A DNA stretch of 64,000 bases, taken from NCBI GenBank assembly GCA_034521955.1, contig JAXHLT010000004.1:71511-135510 (forward strand), given 5' to 3'. The position numbers and the translations under genes are program-made. Under the pieces are notes generated by a model. The model ran no database searches, was not told the origin of the DNA, and worked only from the letters and a program-made list of their open reading frames with translations. The stretch comes from Halanaerobiales bacterium (lineage in GTDB: Bacteria; Bacillota; Halanaerobiia; Halanaerobiales; M55B127). Shown here piece after piece: positions 31,940 to 41,459 of the stretch (its first letter is position 1; every line of letters starts with the position of its first letter).

Positions 31940-34229
31940 AAAACTAATCTTAATTTTAATACTACTAATACTTATAATACCATTTCAAACTGAAGCTCAA
32001 GTAAAGATGGAAATGGTTGATAGTTATGAATTTAAACCCGGTGAATTAAAAGATGTTAGAGTTAAGATAATTAACAATGGTAATAAAGATTTAAGACTAC
32101 AGTTCGAATATTTACTGCCGAAGGGATGGGAGATTATAATATCCCCCAAGATGATAAATTTATTAAACGGAGAAAGTAAATTTATAAATGTTTTTTTGAA
32201 AGCCCCTGCTGAGGTAACTGCAGGGGATTATTATTTGAAATTTATATTAAAAAACAAGGAAATAGAACATATCAAAAACTTTAAGTTGAATGTAAAAAAA
32301 GTTAAAGATCTAAAAATTAATTTAGTTAAAAGGCCAAAATATATTAATGAAGAATTTAATTTGCAATTTTTTATTGAAAATAGAGGAAACACAAAAAGAA
32401 AGTTAAGCTTTAAAGGTAACAATATTAGTATTAAAAATGATGGATTAATATTAAATCCATTTGAAAAAAAGAAAGTACTTTTAAGGTGTAAATTAGACAG
32501 TATTTCAAAGAAACCTTATATTAGTATTTTCGCAGAAAGTAGAAACGGTAAAAAATATAGTATATATAATAGAAAGGCTACTTTGCTAAACTACAGTGAA
32601 AACTCAAAAGATTTAAAATCTGTTTTAAAATTAAATTATTATTATGATAATAATAAAAAAGGAAATAAAGTTTGGAAACTAAAAACATACTTTAATCAAG
32701 ATAGTTATCTTACTTTACAAACTGATTCTTTTAGAATTCATTATAAAAGCAAAAATGGTTTATGGCAAATAGGGAGAAGATATTTTAACAGCTTTGTTCA
32801 ACTTGGAAATCAAGGCATTAAGTCAAACCGATTGAAATTATCTTATCAAAATAATTTTAATAATAAGAATAAAAGAATCATATATACAAATTTTAATAAT
32901 GAAATAGCAATAGGAAACTATTATAAAGACAACAATAAATATTATTATCTAGAATTAAATGCAAGTAAGAATCATTTAAATCACTATTTTAAAGGGAGAT
33001 GGGAAAAAAGAGATATTAGTTATAAAATAAAAAACTATAAAAAAACTGATAATATCTTATATAATATTGAAGTTAAAAAGAAATTAAAGAATAAAGATAT
33101 ATTTAAAATGGGTTATTATTCAAAAGATAACCAACATAAGAAATATTTTCGATATATTAATGATATGATAAATAATAAGATGACATATGGTTATAGTTTA
33201 AAAACAACTGATCGTTATGAGAAAAAAAAGATTTCATATATTAATGAGTATAAAAGACAATATAGTAAATTAATCAAATTTGATTATGGAGTTAATAACT
33301 ATTTTTATAAAAAAGATAAAAAATACTTAGCGTTCATGTTTAAAAACGATAGTTATATGATGAATTTAAAAATAAATGATTTTTTAGAAGACAATAATAT
33401 TAAATTTAAACTGAGTAAATTTATTAAATCAAATAAATTAACTTCTTCAGTAATCATAGATAATTATAATGGTTTAAGATTAGGATTGGAAAACAAGTTT
33501 AATCATAGAATTGACAGTCATAAAAAGTTAAGTTTTGAAGGATATTATTCATACAATTTTAAAAAACAGAAATTTTATAGTAAGATAAACTTCGGTTTAT
33601 CAATTCCTTTAAGATTTGTATATAAAGACAGGAAAGAGGATCTTATAACCCTAAAAGCAAGAGTTAAAGGTTATAATAAAGACTTGGCAGGTATTGTTTT
33701 TGATGTGAACGGCAAGAAAATTAAAACAGATAAAAAGGGTAATTTATCTTTAAAAACAACTATTAATCAAAAACTAAAAGTTAAAGTTGTTGATTTGGGA
33801 AAATTTAAGGGAAATTACTTTTTACAACCCCAAAGACAAATTTTAATAGACAACTATAAGGGAGAAAAAATAGAGTTTAAATTAGTTAAGTATACAAACT
33901 TGAAAGTAGGTTTTAAAAGAATTAAAACCGCTATAGATAAATATATTGAAAGTAAAGATAAGGAGTTAATTTATATAAGACTATATAATAAAGAAAACGA
34001 GTATATAAAAAAATATGAAGGTGAACAAGAAATTAATTTTAACAAAATAAAACCCGGTATTTATAAGTTAGCTATTGAAAATATATATTCTCCATTTGAG
34101 TACAGTAATAAGATAAGAGAAGTTAAGATAACGTCTTCTAATAATAAGATTGTTGTAAAGAAAAAGCGTAAAAACAGTAATGAATTTAAAAAAGAATCTA
34201 AAATAAAACGATTAAAAGCAAAAAATTAA
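31935..34229 (+). CDS. Large exported protein (N-terminal Ig/NEW3-like domains, central beta-rich region, C-terminal Ig domains); putative usher-like outer-membrane protein; probable ATT start
   Basis: RBS GAGGTG + ATT 31935 gives the signal peptide IKKLILILILLILIIPFQTEA; LPKGWE, NRGN motifs; strand ending INFGLSIPL. Confidence 0.5.
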   Translation: MKKLILILILLILIIPFQTEAQVKMEMVDSYEFKPGELKDVRVKIINNGNKDLRLQFEYLLPKGWEIIISPKMINLLNGESKFINVFLKAPAEVTAGDYYLKFILKNKEIEHIKNFKLNVKKVKDLKINLVKRPKYINEEFNLQFFIENRGNTKRKLSFKGNNISIKNDGLILNPFEKKKVLLRCKLDSISKKPYISIFAESRNGKKYSIYNRKATLLNYSENSKDLKSVLKLNYYYDNNKKGNKVWKLKTYFNQDSYLTLQTDSFRIHYKSKNGLWQIGRRYFNSFVQLGNQGIKSNRLKLSYQNNFNNKNKRIIYTNFNNEIAIGNYYKDNNKYYYLELNASKNHLNHYFKGRWEKRDISYKIKNYKKTDNILYNIEVKKKLKNKDIFKMGYYSKDNQHKKYFRYINDMINNKMTYGYSLKTTDRYEKKKISYINEYKRQYSKLIKFDYGVNNYFYKKDKKYLAFMFKNDSYMMNLKINDFLEDNNIKFKLSKFIKSNKLTSSVIIDNYNGLRLGLENKFNHRIDSHKKLSFEGYYSYNFKKQKFYSKINFGLSIPLRFVYKDRKEDLITLKARVKGYNKDLAGIVFDVNGKKIKTDKKGNLSLKTTINQKLKVKVVDLGKFKGNYFLQPQRQILIDNYKGEKIEFKLVKYTNLKVGFKRIKTAIDKYIESKDKELIYIRLYNKENEYIKKYEGEQEINFNKIKPGIYKLAIENIYSPFEYSNKIREVKITSSNNKIVVKKKRKNSNEFKKESKIKRLKAKN

Positions 34230-34232
34230 TGA

Positions 34233-34288
34233 TTGTCAAAACATCCTCCTGATGCTATAATAGAAATACAAAAAAGAACATATGTTCG
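34233..34288 (+). promoter_or_regulatory. SigA promoter with LexA (SOS/Cheo) box
   Basis: TTGTCA-17-TATAAT followed by aGAAC-ATAT-GTTCg (34275-34288). Confidence 0.85.
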
Positions 34289-34306
34289 CAAAAAGGAGGG
34301 AGAAGA

Positions 34307-34636
34307 TTGGATATTAAAGATCGCGGTAATATTAAATGGACATCTCTGATGTTAGTTGAACACAGAAAAAAATTAGAAAAATTAAAAGAAAGTGAAGGTG
34401 ATAAAAAAAGACCGGAATTAGATCAACAGATTTATGAACAGTTTGACTATAAGTTGAAGTTAGCATTAAAACAAAAGATTAAAGTTAAAATAACATATTA
34501 TTATAATAAGGAATATAAAAATATTACAAGTTATATAAAAGACTTTAATAAACAAAGCAACTCATTAAAATTAACAGATAAAAAAATATCAGAAATATCT
34601 TTGAAAAATATTATTGATATCAATCTATTGAATTAA
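34307..34636 (+). CDS. YolD-like protein (partner of Y-family polymerase)
   Basis: DRGNIKWTSLML.EH motif; SOS box upstream. Confidence 0.9.
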   Translation: MDIKDRGNIKWTSLMLVEHRKKLEKLKESEGDKKRPELDQQIYEQFDYKLKLALKQKIKVKITYYYNKEYKNITSYIKDFNKQSNSLKLTDKKISEISLKNIIDINLLN

Positions 34637-34696
34637 AAAGGAATTTTTAATTTTTTGGTCAATAAAAACTTAAATAATGTAAGGAAGGTGATGCTC

Positions 34697-35254
34697 GTGA
34701 AAAAAAGAATAGCGGTTTTAGGTTTATTATTTATCTTATTAGCGGGTGTTTCATTAACAGCTAATACACAGGATATTAATTATCCTGAAGTGGATGGTGT
34801 GTTTAATTGTGATGAGTATGATGTTACTATGAAGGTAGAAGACCTTGAGATGGAAATTGGTTGGTTGACCAGAGATGGTAATTTAATGTTTGCAGTAAAG
34901 TCTGTTGGTAAAGGCTGGGTTGCTGTCGGTTTTGATCCAACAACCATGATGAGAAATGCAAATATAATTATCGGTGATGTAACAGAAGATGGTACTGTAA
35001 ATATAGAAGATCATTTTGGTGTTTCTAACACAGGTCACAGAGCAGATGATGAAAACAATATACTACAGGCAGCCGGAACAGAAAATGAAGAAGGAACCGT
35101 CTTAGAGTTTGTCATTCCTTTAAATAGCGGTGATGATATGGATCGGGTTTTAGAGCTCGGTCAAGAATATAAAGTAATACTAGCCTATCATATGAGTGAT
35201 GATGGTTTTAAAATCAGGCATAGTAACCGCACTTCAGTAAATATTACTTTTTAA
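34697..35254 (+). CDS. Secreted DOMON-domain protein
   Basis: Signal peptide; GWVAVGF...MM.NANIIIG; C-terminal KIRH. Confidence 0.85.
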   Translation: MKKRIAVLGLLFILLAGVSLTANTQDINYPEVDGVFNCDEYDVTMKVEDLEMEIGWLTRDGNLMFAVKSVGKGWVAVGFDPTTMMRNANIIIGDVTEDGTVNIEDHFGVSNTGHRADDENNILQAAGTENEEGTVLEFVIPLNSGDDMDRVLELGQEYKVILAYHMSDDGFKIRHSNRTSVNITF

Positions 35255-35266
35255 AGGAGGAAAAAT

Positions 35267-35494
35267 ATGCTTTGGTTAAACAACCTTGCCTATACCTATT
35301 TTGGTAATTATCCTCTTATAGTATATATTGGGATTACCACATATTTACTGCTTTTAGTTACTGCTTTGATACCGCGAATGAACAGGTGGGGTTGGACAAA
35401 AATCCCTATAAAATACCATATTAGACTTGCCTATGTAACCGCTGTATTGGCAACAATACACGGACTTATGGCGATAGCCGGCTATATTGGTTAG
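35267..35494 (+). CDS. Small two-TM membrane protein with an H-x13-H helix
   Basis: RBS AGGAGG; KYHIRLAYVTAVLATIHG. Confidence 0.75.
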   Translation: MLWLNNLAYTYFGNYPLIVYIGITTYLLLLVTALIPRMNRWGWTKIPIKYHIRLAYVTAVLATIHGLMAIAGYIG

Positions 35495-35517
35495 CCGGTA
35501 ATTTTTTTATTGATATA

Positions 35518-35570
35518 CGAACATATGTATGTTAATATTAATTTAATTAACATAATAAAACATATGTTCG
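35518..35570 (+). promoter_or_regulatory. Two LexA-type boxes upstream of the Y-family polymerase
   Basis: cGAAC-ATAT-GTATg (35518) and AAAC-ATAT-GTTCg (35558). Confidence 0.75.
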
Positions 35571-35581
35571 AGGTGATTAGT

Positions 35582-36841
35582 TTGAAACCTGTAGATTATG
35601 ATACTTTGCCTTCTCGAAATATTCTATGTGTTGACATGCAGTCTTTTTTTGCCAGTGTAGAGGCTGTATCAAGGGGATTAGATCCAGTAGAGACTCCGTT
35701 AGCCGTTTTAGGTGATAAAAAAAGAAATGGTTCTGTCATACTGGCAGCCTCACCTGCTTTAAAAAAGAAATACAGTATAAAAACAGCTGACCGATTTTAT
35801 CAAATTCCTGATGATCCTGAAATAAAATTAGTAGAAGCAAGGATGGGACTCTATGTTAGAATTTCTCTTGAGATTACTAAATTATTTAATAAATATGTTC
35901 CATTAAATGCTATCCATGTCTACTCAATTGACGAATCCTGGATAAAACTTGATGGAACTGAAAGACTTTTTGGAAACAAATGGAAAGTAGCTCGAATGAT
36001 CAAAAAAGATTTATTAGAAAACTATGGATTAAACTCCAGTATGGCTTTGGGTCCAAATATGTTTTTATCTAAAGTAGCAATGGATAATGAGGGAAAAAAG
36101 CAGGGACTAGTAGAGTGGACATATCAAGATGTAGAAGATAAGTTGTGGCCCCTTCCATTAAAAAAATGTTGGGGAATAGGTAGCCAACTATCCCGTCATT
36201 TCATCGAAATGGGAGTGAAAACTGTTGGTGACCTGGCTCATTTACCTTTAGAGTACTTAGAAAACAAGTTTGGAGTGATGGGTACTCAACTTTATTACCA
36301 TGCCTGGGGTGTTGATCTTTCAACTGTAGAAGGTCATTATCTTGACGAAAGAAAAAATCTGGGTAGGGGTATTACCCTTTACAGTGATTATAAGGATATA
36401 GAAAAAATAAAAACGGTCATATTTGAGTTAGCAGAGGAAGTGGGCAAAAGAGCCCGTAATCGTAGTTTAACCGGTAAGACAATCAGTTTAGGATTAATCT
36501 ATAGTAAGGAAGAATTAGAAAGTGGTTTTCATCGACAGAAAAGTTTAGATATTTATACTAACCTAACAAGTGATATTTATGAGACAGCGGTTATCTTATT
36601 TAATGAATATTATAGAGGACAGGCAGTACGGAAAGTGCGAGTCAGTCTTGGCAATTTTTCTAATAAAGCAAACCTACAGCTTAATATATTTAATAATAAG
36701 GCAGATGAAATTAGATTAATGAAAACTAAAGACGACCTGCAGGATAAATATGGTTACCAGGCTCTTTATTACGGAAGAAGTTTAAAACCCGGTAGTATCA
36801 AGAAAAGAATTAAAAGTACAATCGGTGGACACAAAGCGTAA
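35582..36841 (+). CDS. Y-family translesion DNA polymerase (UvrX/UmuC/PolY2-like)
   Basis: VDMQSFFASVE, YSIDES, C-terminal IGGHKA; TTG start after GAGGTG. Confidence 0.93.
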   Translation: MKPVDYDTLPSRNILCVDMQSFFASVEAVSRGLDPVETPLAVLGDKKRNGSVILAASPALKKKYSIKTADRFYQIPDDPEIKLVEARMGLYVRISLEITKLFNKYVPLNAIHVYSIDESWIKLDGTERLFGNKWKVARMIKKDLLENYGLNSSMALGPNMFLSKVAMDNEGKKQGLVEWTYQDVEDKLWPLPLKKCWGIGSQLSRHFIEMGVKTVGDLAHLPLEYLENKFGVMGTQLYYHAWGVDLSTVEGHYLDERKNLGRGITLYSDYKDIEKIKTVIFELAEEVGKRARNRSLTGKTISLGLIYSKEELESGFHRQKSLDIYTNLTSDIYETAVILFNEYYRGQAVRKVRVSLGNFSNKANLQLNIFNNKADEIRLMKTKDDLQDKYGYQALYYGRSLKPGSIKKRIKSTIGGHKA

Positions 36842-36873
36842 TTATTGACATATGTTCATTACAGTGTTATAAT
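36842..36873 (+). promoter_or_regulatory. SigA promoter overlapped by a palindromic operator (copy 1)
   Basis: TTGACA-17-TATAAT; TTATTGACATATGTTCATTA. Confidence 0.8.
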
Positions 36874-36911
36874 ATTATCGATAAATAATGAAAAAATAAG
36901 GAGCGGATTTT

Positions 36912-37271
36912 ATGAAAATTGCAGTAACAGCAGAAAAAAATAATGGTTTTGAGAGTAAAGTTAATACACATTTTGGACGTGCACCATATTTTGCAGTAGT
37001 TGATACTGAAACAGATAATATTGAATTGATTAAAAATGAGGCTGCTAATGCATCTGGTGGTGCAGGTGTAAGTGCAGCACAACTGATAGCTGACCGGGGT
37101 GTAGATGTATTAATATCTGGTAGTGTTGGTCCAAAAGCCTATACTGCTTTATCATCTGGAAATATTGAGATGTATATTATCCAACAGGGTACAGTTAGAG
37201 AGGCTGTAGATAGCTTCAAAGGGGATAAACTTTCACAGCTAAACTCTCCCAATGGAACCCCAAGGAAGTAA
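36912..37271 (+). CDS. NifB/NifX-family FeMo-cofactor-binding protein
   Basis: MKIAV...[19 protein letters not shown] motifs. Confidence 0.9.
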   Translation: MKIAVTAEKNNGFESKVNTHFGRAPYFAVVDTETDNIELIKNEAANASGGAGVSAAQLIADRGVDVLISGSVGPKAYTALSSGNIEMYIIQQGTVREAVDSFKGDKLSQLNSPNGTPRK

Positions 37272-37276
37272 ACAGT

Positions 37277-38134
37277 TTGAAAATAACTGTTTTAAGTGGT
37301 AAAGGTGGAACAGGCAAAACAACGGTATCTGTTAATTTAGCTCTCTCTTTAGAAAATGTCCAGTTATTAGATGCCGATGTTGAGGAACCTAACTTACAGT
37401 ATTTCCTACACCCCATTTTTGATAAAGAGGAAAGTATTTATAGGAAGATTCCAGAAGTTGATCAACAGAAATGTACCTCCTGTCGTAAGTGTGTTGATTT
37501 TTGTGAATATAATGCTTTGGCTATGATGATCGATGAAGTATTAGTATTTCCGGAGATCTGTCACAGTTGTGGAGGATGTAAATTAATCTGTCCGGAAAAT
37601 GCTATAACTGAAACTGATCGTGAATTAGGTGTTTTAAAACATGCAAACACTGAATACAATGTTGATTTTTGGCAGGGAGAGTTAAACATTGGTGAAGAGA
37701 GTTCAGTTCCGGTAATTGAAGCATTAAAAAAGAAGATAGACCCTGATAAAGATATAATAATTGATGCTCAACCGGGTACAACATGTCCAACAATAGAAGC
37801 GGTTGTTGATAGTGATTATGGTCTTTTAGTAACTGAACCGACTCCATTTGGATTAAGTGATCTTAAATTAGCTGCAAAGTTAATGGATGAGCTTAAGATA
37901 CCATATGGAGTAATCATAAATAGAGCTGAAGAAGACAGTAACTATATTATTGAAGACTATTGTAATAGAAATGATATTGATATTTTATTAAGGATACCTT
38001 TCAAAAGAAAATATGCTCAGCTTTATTCAGAAGGAATCCCTTTTGTTTTAGAAGAAAAAGAATTGAAAAATGACTTCCGAAAAGTTTTTAAACAGGTAAG
38101 GAGTGTTGTTGATGAAAAAAATCACAGTAATTAG
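37277..38134 (+). CDS. MinD-like P-loop ATPase with inserted 2x[4Fe-4S] ferredoxin domain
   Basis: [41 protein letters not shown]. Confidence 0.9.
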   Translation: MKITVLSGKGGTGKTTVSVNLALSLENVQLLDADVEEPNLQYFLHPIFDKEESIYRKIPEVDQQKCTSCRKCVDFCEYNALAMMIDEVLVFPEICHSCGGCKLICPENAITETDRELGVLKHANTEYNVDFWQGELNIGEESSVPVIEALKKKIDPDKDIIIDAQPGTTCPTIEAVVDSDYGLLVTEPTPFGLSDLKLAAKLMDELKIPYGVIINRAEEDSNYIIEDYCNRNDIDILLRIPFKRKYAQLYSEGIPFVLEEKELKNDFRKVFKQVRSVVDEKNHSN

Positions 38135-38987
38135 TGGTAAAGGTGGTACAGGTAAAACTACTGTAGTTGCCAACTTATCATATTTATTCAATGATTTAGT
38201 TTTAGCAGACTGTGATGTTGATGCTCCTAATTTACATCTTTTATTAAATCCTGAAAACAGGGAGTCAGAAGTTTTTAAGTCAAATAAATTAGCTGTTAAA
38301 GATCAAAGTAAATGTACAGACTGTGGTATCTGCTATGATGTATGTAGGTTTAATGCTGTTGATCCAATAAGTTATGATATAGGCAGCTATAAGTGTGAAG
38401 GATGTGGAGTCTGTGTAGCAATGTGTCCCGAAGATGCATTGAGTTTAAAACTTCTTGATACTGGAGAAATCTATAATTCAACTACAAGATTTGGACCAAT
38501 GGTTCATGCCAGTTTAAAGATAGGTTCTGATAATTCAGGAAAATTAGTTAGTGAAGTAAGAGAAAAAGCAGCACAAAAAGCAGAAAAGTTAAATAAAGAT
38601 GTTGTATTAATTGATGGTTCACCAGGTATCGGATGTCCGGTAATTTCATCTATTACAGGTGTAGATCTTGTATTGTTTGTAACTGAACCGTCTAAATCAG
38701 GTTTTTCTGATTTAAAAAGAGTAGCTCAAGTAATTAAACATTTTAATATACCTGCTTTAGCTGTAATCAATAAATATGACATTAATGAAAAAATAAGTGA
38801 AGAGATAGAAAACTACTTAAAAGAAGAAGAGATTGAATTAGTGGGAAAAATATCTTTTTCATCTGATATAGTAGACAGTCTTAGAAATGCAGAATTAATT
38901 GTAGAAAAAGATCAAAATAATAAGGTTAGCAGAGAAATTGAATCTATTTGGGAAAAAGTAAATAAGAGATTAAAAAATCTTAATTGA
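38112..38987 (+). CDS. MinD-like P-loop ATPase with inserted ferredoxin domain (second paralog)
   Basis: [50 protein letters not shown]. Confidence 0.9.
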   Translation: MKKITVISGKGGTGKTTVVANLSYLFNDLVLADCDVDAPNLHLLLNPENRESEVFKSNKLAVKDQSKCTDCGICYDVCRFNAVDPISYDIGSYKCEGCGVCVAMCPEDALSLKLLDTGEIYNSTTRFGPMVHASLKIGSDNSGKLVSEVREKAAQKAEKLNKDVVLIDGSPGIGCPVISSITGVDLVLFVTEPSKSGFSDLKRVAQVIKHFNIPALAVINKYDINEKISEEIENYLKEEEIELVGKISFSSDIVDSLRNAELIVEKDQNNKVSREIESIWEKVNKRLKNLN

Positions 38988-38999
38988 GGAGATGATTTT

Positions 39000-39371
39000 A
39001 TGAAAAAAAGAATTGCAGTTCCTACGAATAACGGTCAGGTTGCACAGCATTTTGGAAGGTGTCCAGAATATACAATTTGTGAAGTAGAAGGTTGTGATAT
39101 TCTCGATACAGAAGTCATTGAAAATCCAGGTCATAAACCGAACTTTTTACCTAATTATTTAAGCGATTTAAATGTTGATATTGTTTTAGCAGGTGGAATG
39201 GGCCAAAAAGCATTTAATCTTTTTCAACAAAACAATATAGAAGTTGTTACAGGAGCATCTGGTTTAGTAAAAGATAGTGTTAATGCATATCTAAATAATG
39301 AATTAGATACAGATAATGAACTTTGTAATCACAGTGATCATGACCACGAACACGGTCATCATAACCATTAG
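39000..39371 (+). CDS. NifB/NifX-family protein with His-rich tail
   Basis: HFGRCPEY, GGMG, C-terminal CNHSDHDHEHGHHNH. Confidence 0.9.
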   Translation: MKKRIAVPTNNGQVAQHFGRCPEYTICEVEGCDILDTEVIENPGHKPNFLPNYLSDLNVDIVLAGGMGQKAFNLFQQNNIEVVTGASGLVKDSVNAYLNNELDTDNELCNHSDHDHEHGHHNH

Positions 39372-39413
39372 TAATTAATTTGTTAAAAAGCTGAGAGGAA
39401 GTTTTTTAATTAG

Positions 39414-39445
39414 TTATTGACATATGTTCATAACTACGTTATAAT
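39414..39445 (+). promoter_or_regulatory. SigA promoter overlapped by a palindromic operator (copy 2)
   Basis: TTGACA-17-TATAAT; TTATTGACATATGTTCATAA. Confidence 0.8.
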
Positions 39446-39482
39446 ATATTTAAGATAAACAAAAACAAAAGGAGTGATAGAT

Positions 39483-39800
39483 ATGCCACGCGGAGATAGA
39501 AGAGGACCTGCTGGACATGGACCAGGATCTGGAAGAGGATTAGGATATTGTGCTGGATTTGATTCACCTGGATTTACTAAACCCGGTCCTGGAATGGGAC
39601 ATGGTTTTAGAAGAGGTCTTGGTCGAGGGATGAGAAGAGGATTTAACTTTGGTTTTGCCAGAGGAGGATATGCCCCTACTTATCGTGAAGAAGATTATTC
39701 TAAAGAAGATGAAATCAGAGATCTATCTGAATATGCTAAGAACATGAAAAGTGAGTTAGATGAAATAATAAATAGAATAGAAGAACTTAAAGAAGAGTAA
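39483..39800 (+). CDS. DUF5320-family Gly/Arg-rich protein
   Basis: MPRGDRRGP.G.GP.SGRGLGYC motif; C-terminal coiled coil. Confidence 0.85.
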   Translation: MPRGDRRGPAGHGPGSGRGLGYCAGFDSPGFTKPGPGMGHGFRRGLGRGMRRGFNFGFARGGYAPTYREEDYSKEDEIRDLSEYAKNMKSELDEIINRIEELKEE

Positions 39801-39861
39801 GTTATTAGATTTATTTATATTTAGATGAATAATGAATCTAACAAAAGTAATATAATATAAA

Positions 39862-39897
39862 AAAAGCGTGTGATTTTAATATAGATCACACGCTTTT
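39862..39897. terminator. Bidirectional terminator
   Basis: AAAAGCGTGTGAT...ATCACACGCTTTT. Confidence 0.8.
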
Positions 39898-40025
39898 GCT
39901 TTTATTAACATTATAATATAGCTGTAAAAATAGTATTTATTTATAAAGTACGATTAATTGTTTATAGTAATGTAGAAATGTAAAATTATATAAATAATAA
40001 TCATAAATAGACTATATTAATCTTA

Positions 40026-40808
40026 TTATATCATTATTCTATCTAAATCATTATAAACATTATATCGATTACCCCTTGTAAAACCGACTAGTGTAATATT
40101 TTTTTCGCGAGCTATTTCAACTGCTTGAGAAGTAGGTGCTGATCTTGAAATAAGGATCGGTATTTTTTGTTTTAAAACTTTTATTATTATTTCAGATGAT
40201 ACCCTCCCACTTGTTATAATCATTTTGTTTTTTAAGTTAATTTTATTTTGATAAGAATAACCGATTAATTTATCAATTGTATTATGTCTTCCGATATCTT
40301 CTATTACAGAAATGATGGAGTCTTGGTCTGCAAGTGCAGCTGTATGTGTACCACCAGTTTTTAAAAAAAGATCAGATTTCTTTTGCATTTCAGACATTAG
40401 TTGGTTTATAATTGATGAATTAATTTTAAAGCTATCATTATATACTTCATCAAGAGCACAATCTTGTAAATTGGTAAAAGTAACACCCTTACCACATCCA
40501 GAGGTTAAGGTTCTTTTTTTATATAAGTTAATATCTATATCTTTACTTACTTCAATTTGTACTATTGTATCTTGATGCGAAAAATTAATTGAATTGATTT
40601 CATCATAATCATCTATTATGTTTTCTGATGCAATAAACCCAACAGCAAGTTCTTTTAAATTCAAGGGTAATGTCATTAAGGTTACGAGTTCATAGCCATT
40701 AACAAAGACTGTTAAGGGCTGTTCTTTTATTATGCTATCATTTTCATTCTGCATTTTATTATCTATAACTTTTTTTATTTGATATTTTTTAACGGTTTTA
40801 TCTTCCAT
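40026..40808 (-). CDS. fdhD: Formate dehydrogenase accessory sulfurtransferase FdhD
   Basis: TSGCG, TGGTHTAA, EDIGRHNTIDK, SGRVSSE motifs. Confidence 0.95.
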   Translation of the reverse strand: MEDKTVKKYQIKKVIDNKMQNENDSIIKEQPLTVFVNGYELVTLMTLPLNLKELAVGFIASENIIDDYDEINSINFSHQDTIVQIEVSKDIDINLYKKRTLTSGCGKGVTFTNLQDCALDEVYNDSFKINSSIINQLMSEMQKKSDLFLKTGGTHTAALADQDSIISVIEDIGRHNTIDKLIGYSYQNKINLKNKMIITSGRVSSEIIIKVLKQKIPILISRSAPTSQAVEIAREKNITLVGFTRGNRYNVYNDLDRIMI

Positions 40809-41056
40809 TATAAAATTCCTTTCTTAAGTAGCCTTTTTTAAATAATATCAGATTTCTTTAAATATTTAAATTATATTTATTAAATATTTTTTATAGAAGA
40901 TAGAATATATTTAAGCTAAGGGCAGCTTATGATATTATTGACTTTAAAATATCAGTCTGATACTATGAAAATGTATTTTTAAAAAGTGTGTATTTCAGAT
41001 GTGTATAGTAATATAAGATAAATAAAATGTGGAATACAAATAAAGAAGGTGTAAAT

Positions 41057-41338
41057 ATGTTTGTAGGAGTAATCACAGTAAGCTTACAAATTCCGATGGC
41101 ACAGTCCCTTAAAGACAAGAGAAGAACAATTAAAAGCCTATCAGATAAATGCAAAAATAAATTTAATGTTGCGGTTGCAGAAGTTGATAAAAATGATCTT
41201 TGGAAAAATTCAGAACTTGGCTTAGTTACTGTTGCAGGAGATAAAAGGTATTTAGACAAAGTTATAAACAAATTAATAAAGTTTATTGAAGACTTTCCCG
41301 GAATCATTTTATATGACTATACGGTTGATTATTATTAA
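41057..41338 (+). CDS. DUF503 (YlxP-like) protein
   Basis: SLKDKRR, KFNVAVAEV motifs. Confidence 0.9.
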   Translation: MFVGVITVSLQIPMAQSLKDKRRTIKSLSDKCKNKFNVAVAEVDKNDLWKNSELGLVTVAGDKRYLDKVINKLIKFIEDFPGIILYDYTVDYY

Positions 41339-41459
41339 AATATTTTGGTGGAAGTCTTATTTTAATTTCCATTTTTGAGCAAAATGGCAGGAAATAGAAC
41401 TAGTATGTTGAATATTAGAATTAAGAATGTTAATTTAACAGCTATCTTAAGGTCGGAGG

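Noticed and set aside
36912-39371. Nitrogen fixation genes
   Set aside because: The NifX-like and ATPase genes belong to a widespread non-nif cluster; no nifHDK is present.
39483-39680. GR/GF-rich repeats as a DNA repeat element
   Set aside because: Explained by the low-complexity protein sequence of the DUF5320 family.
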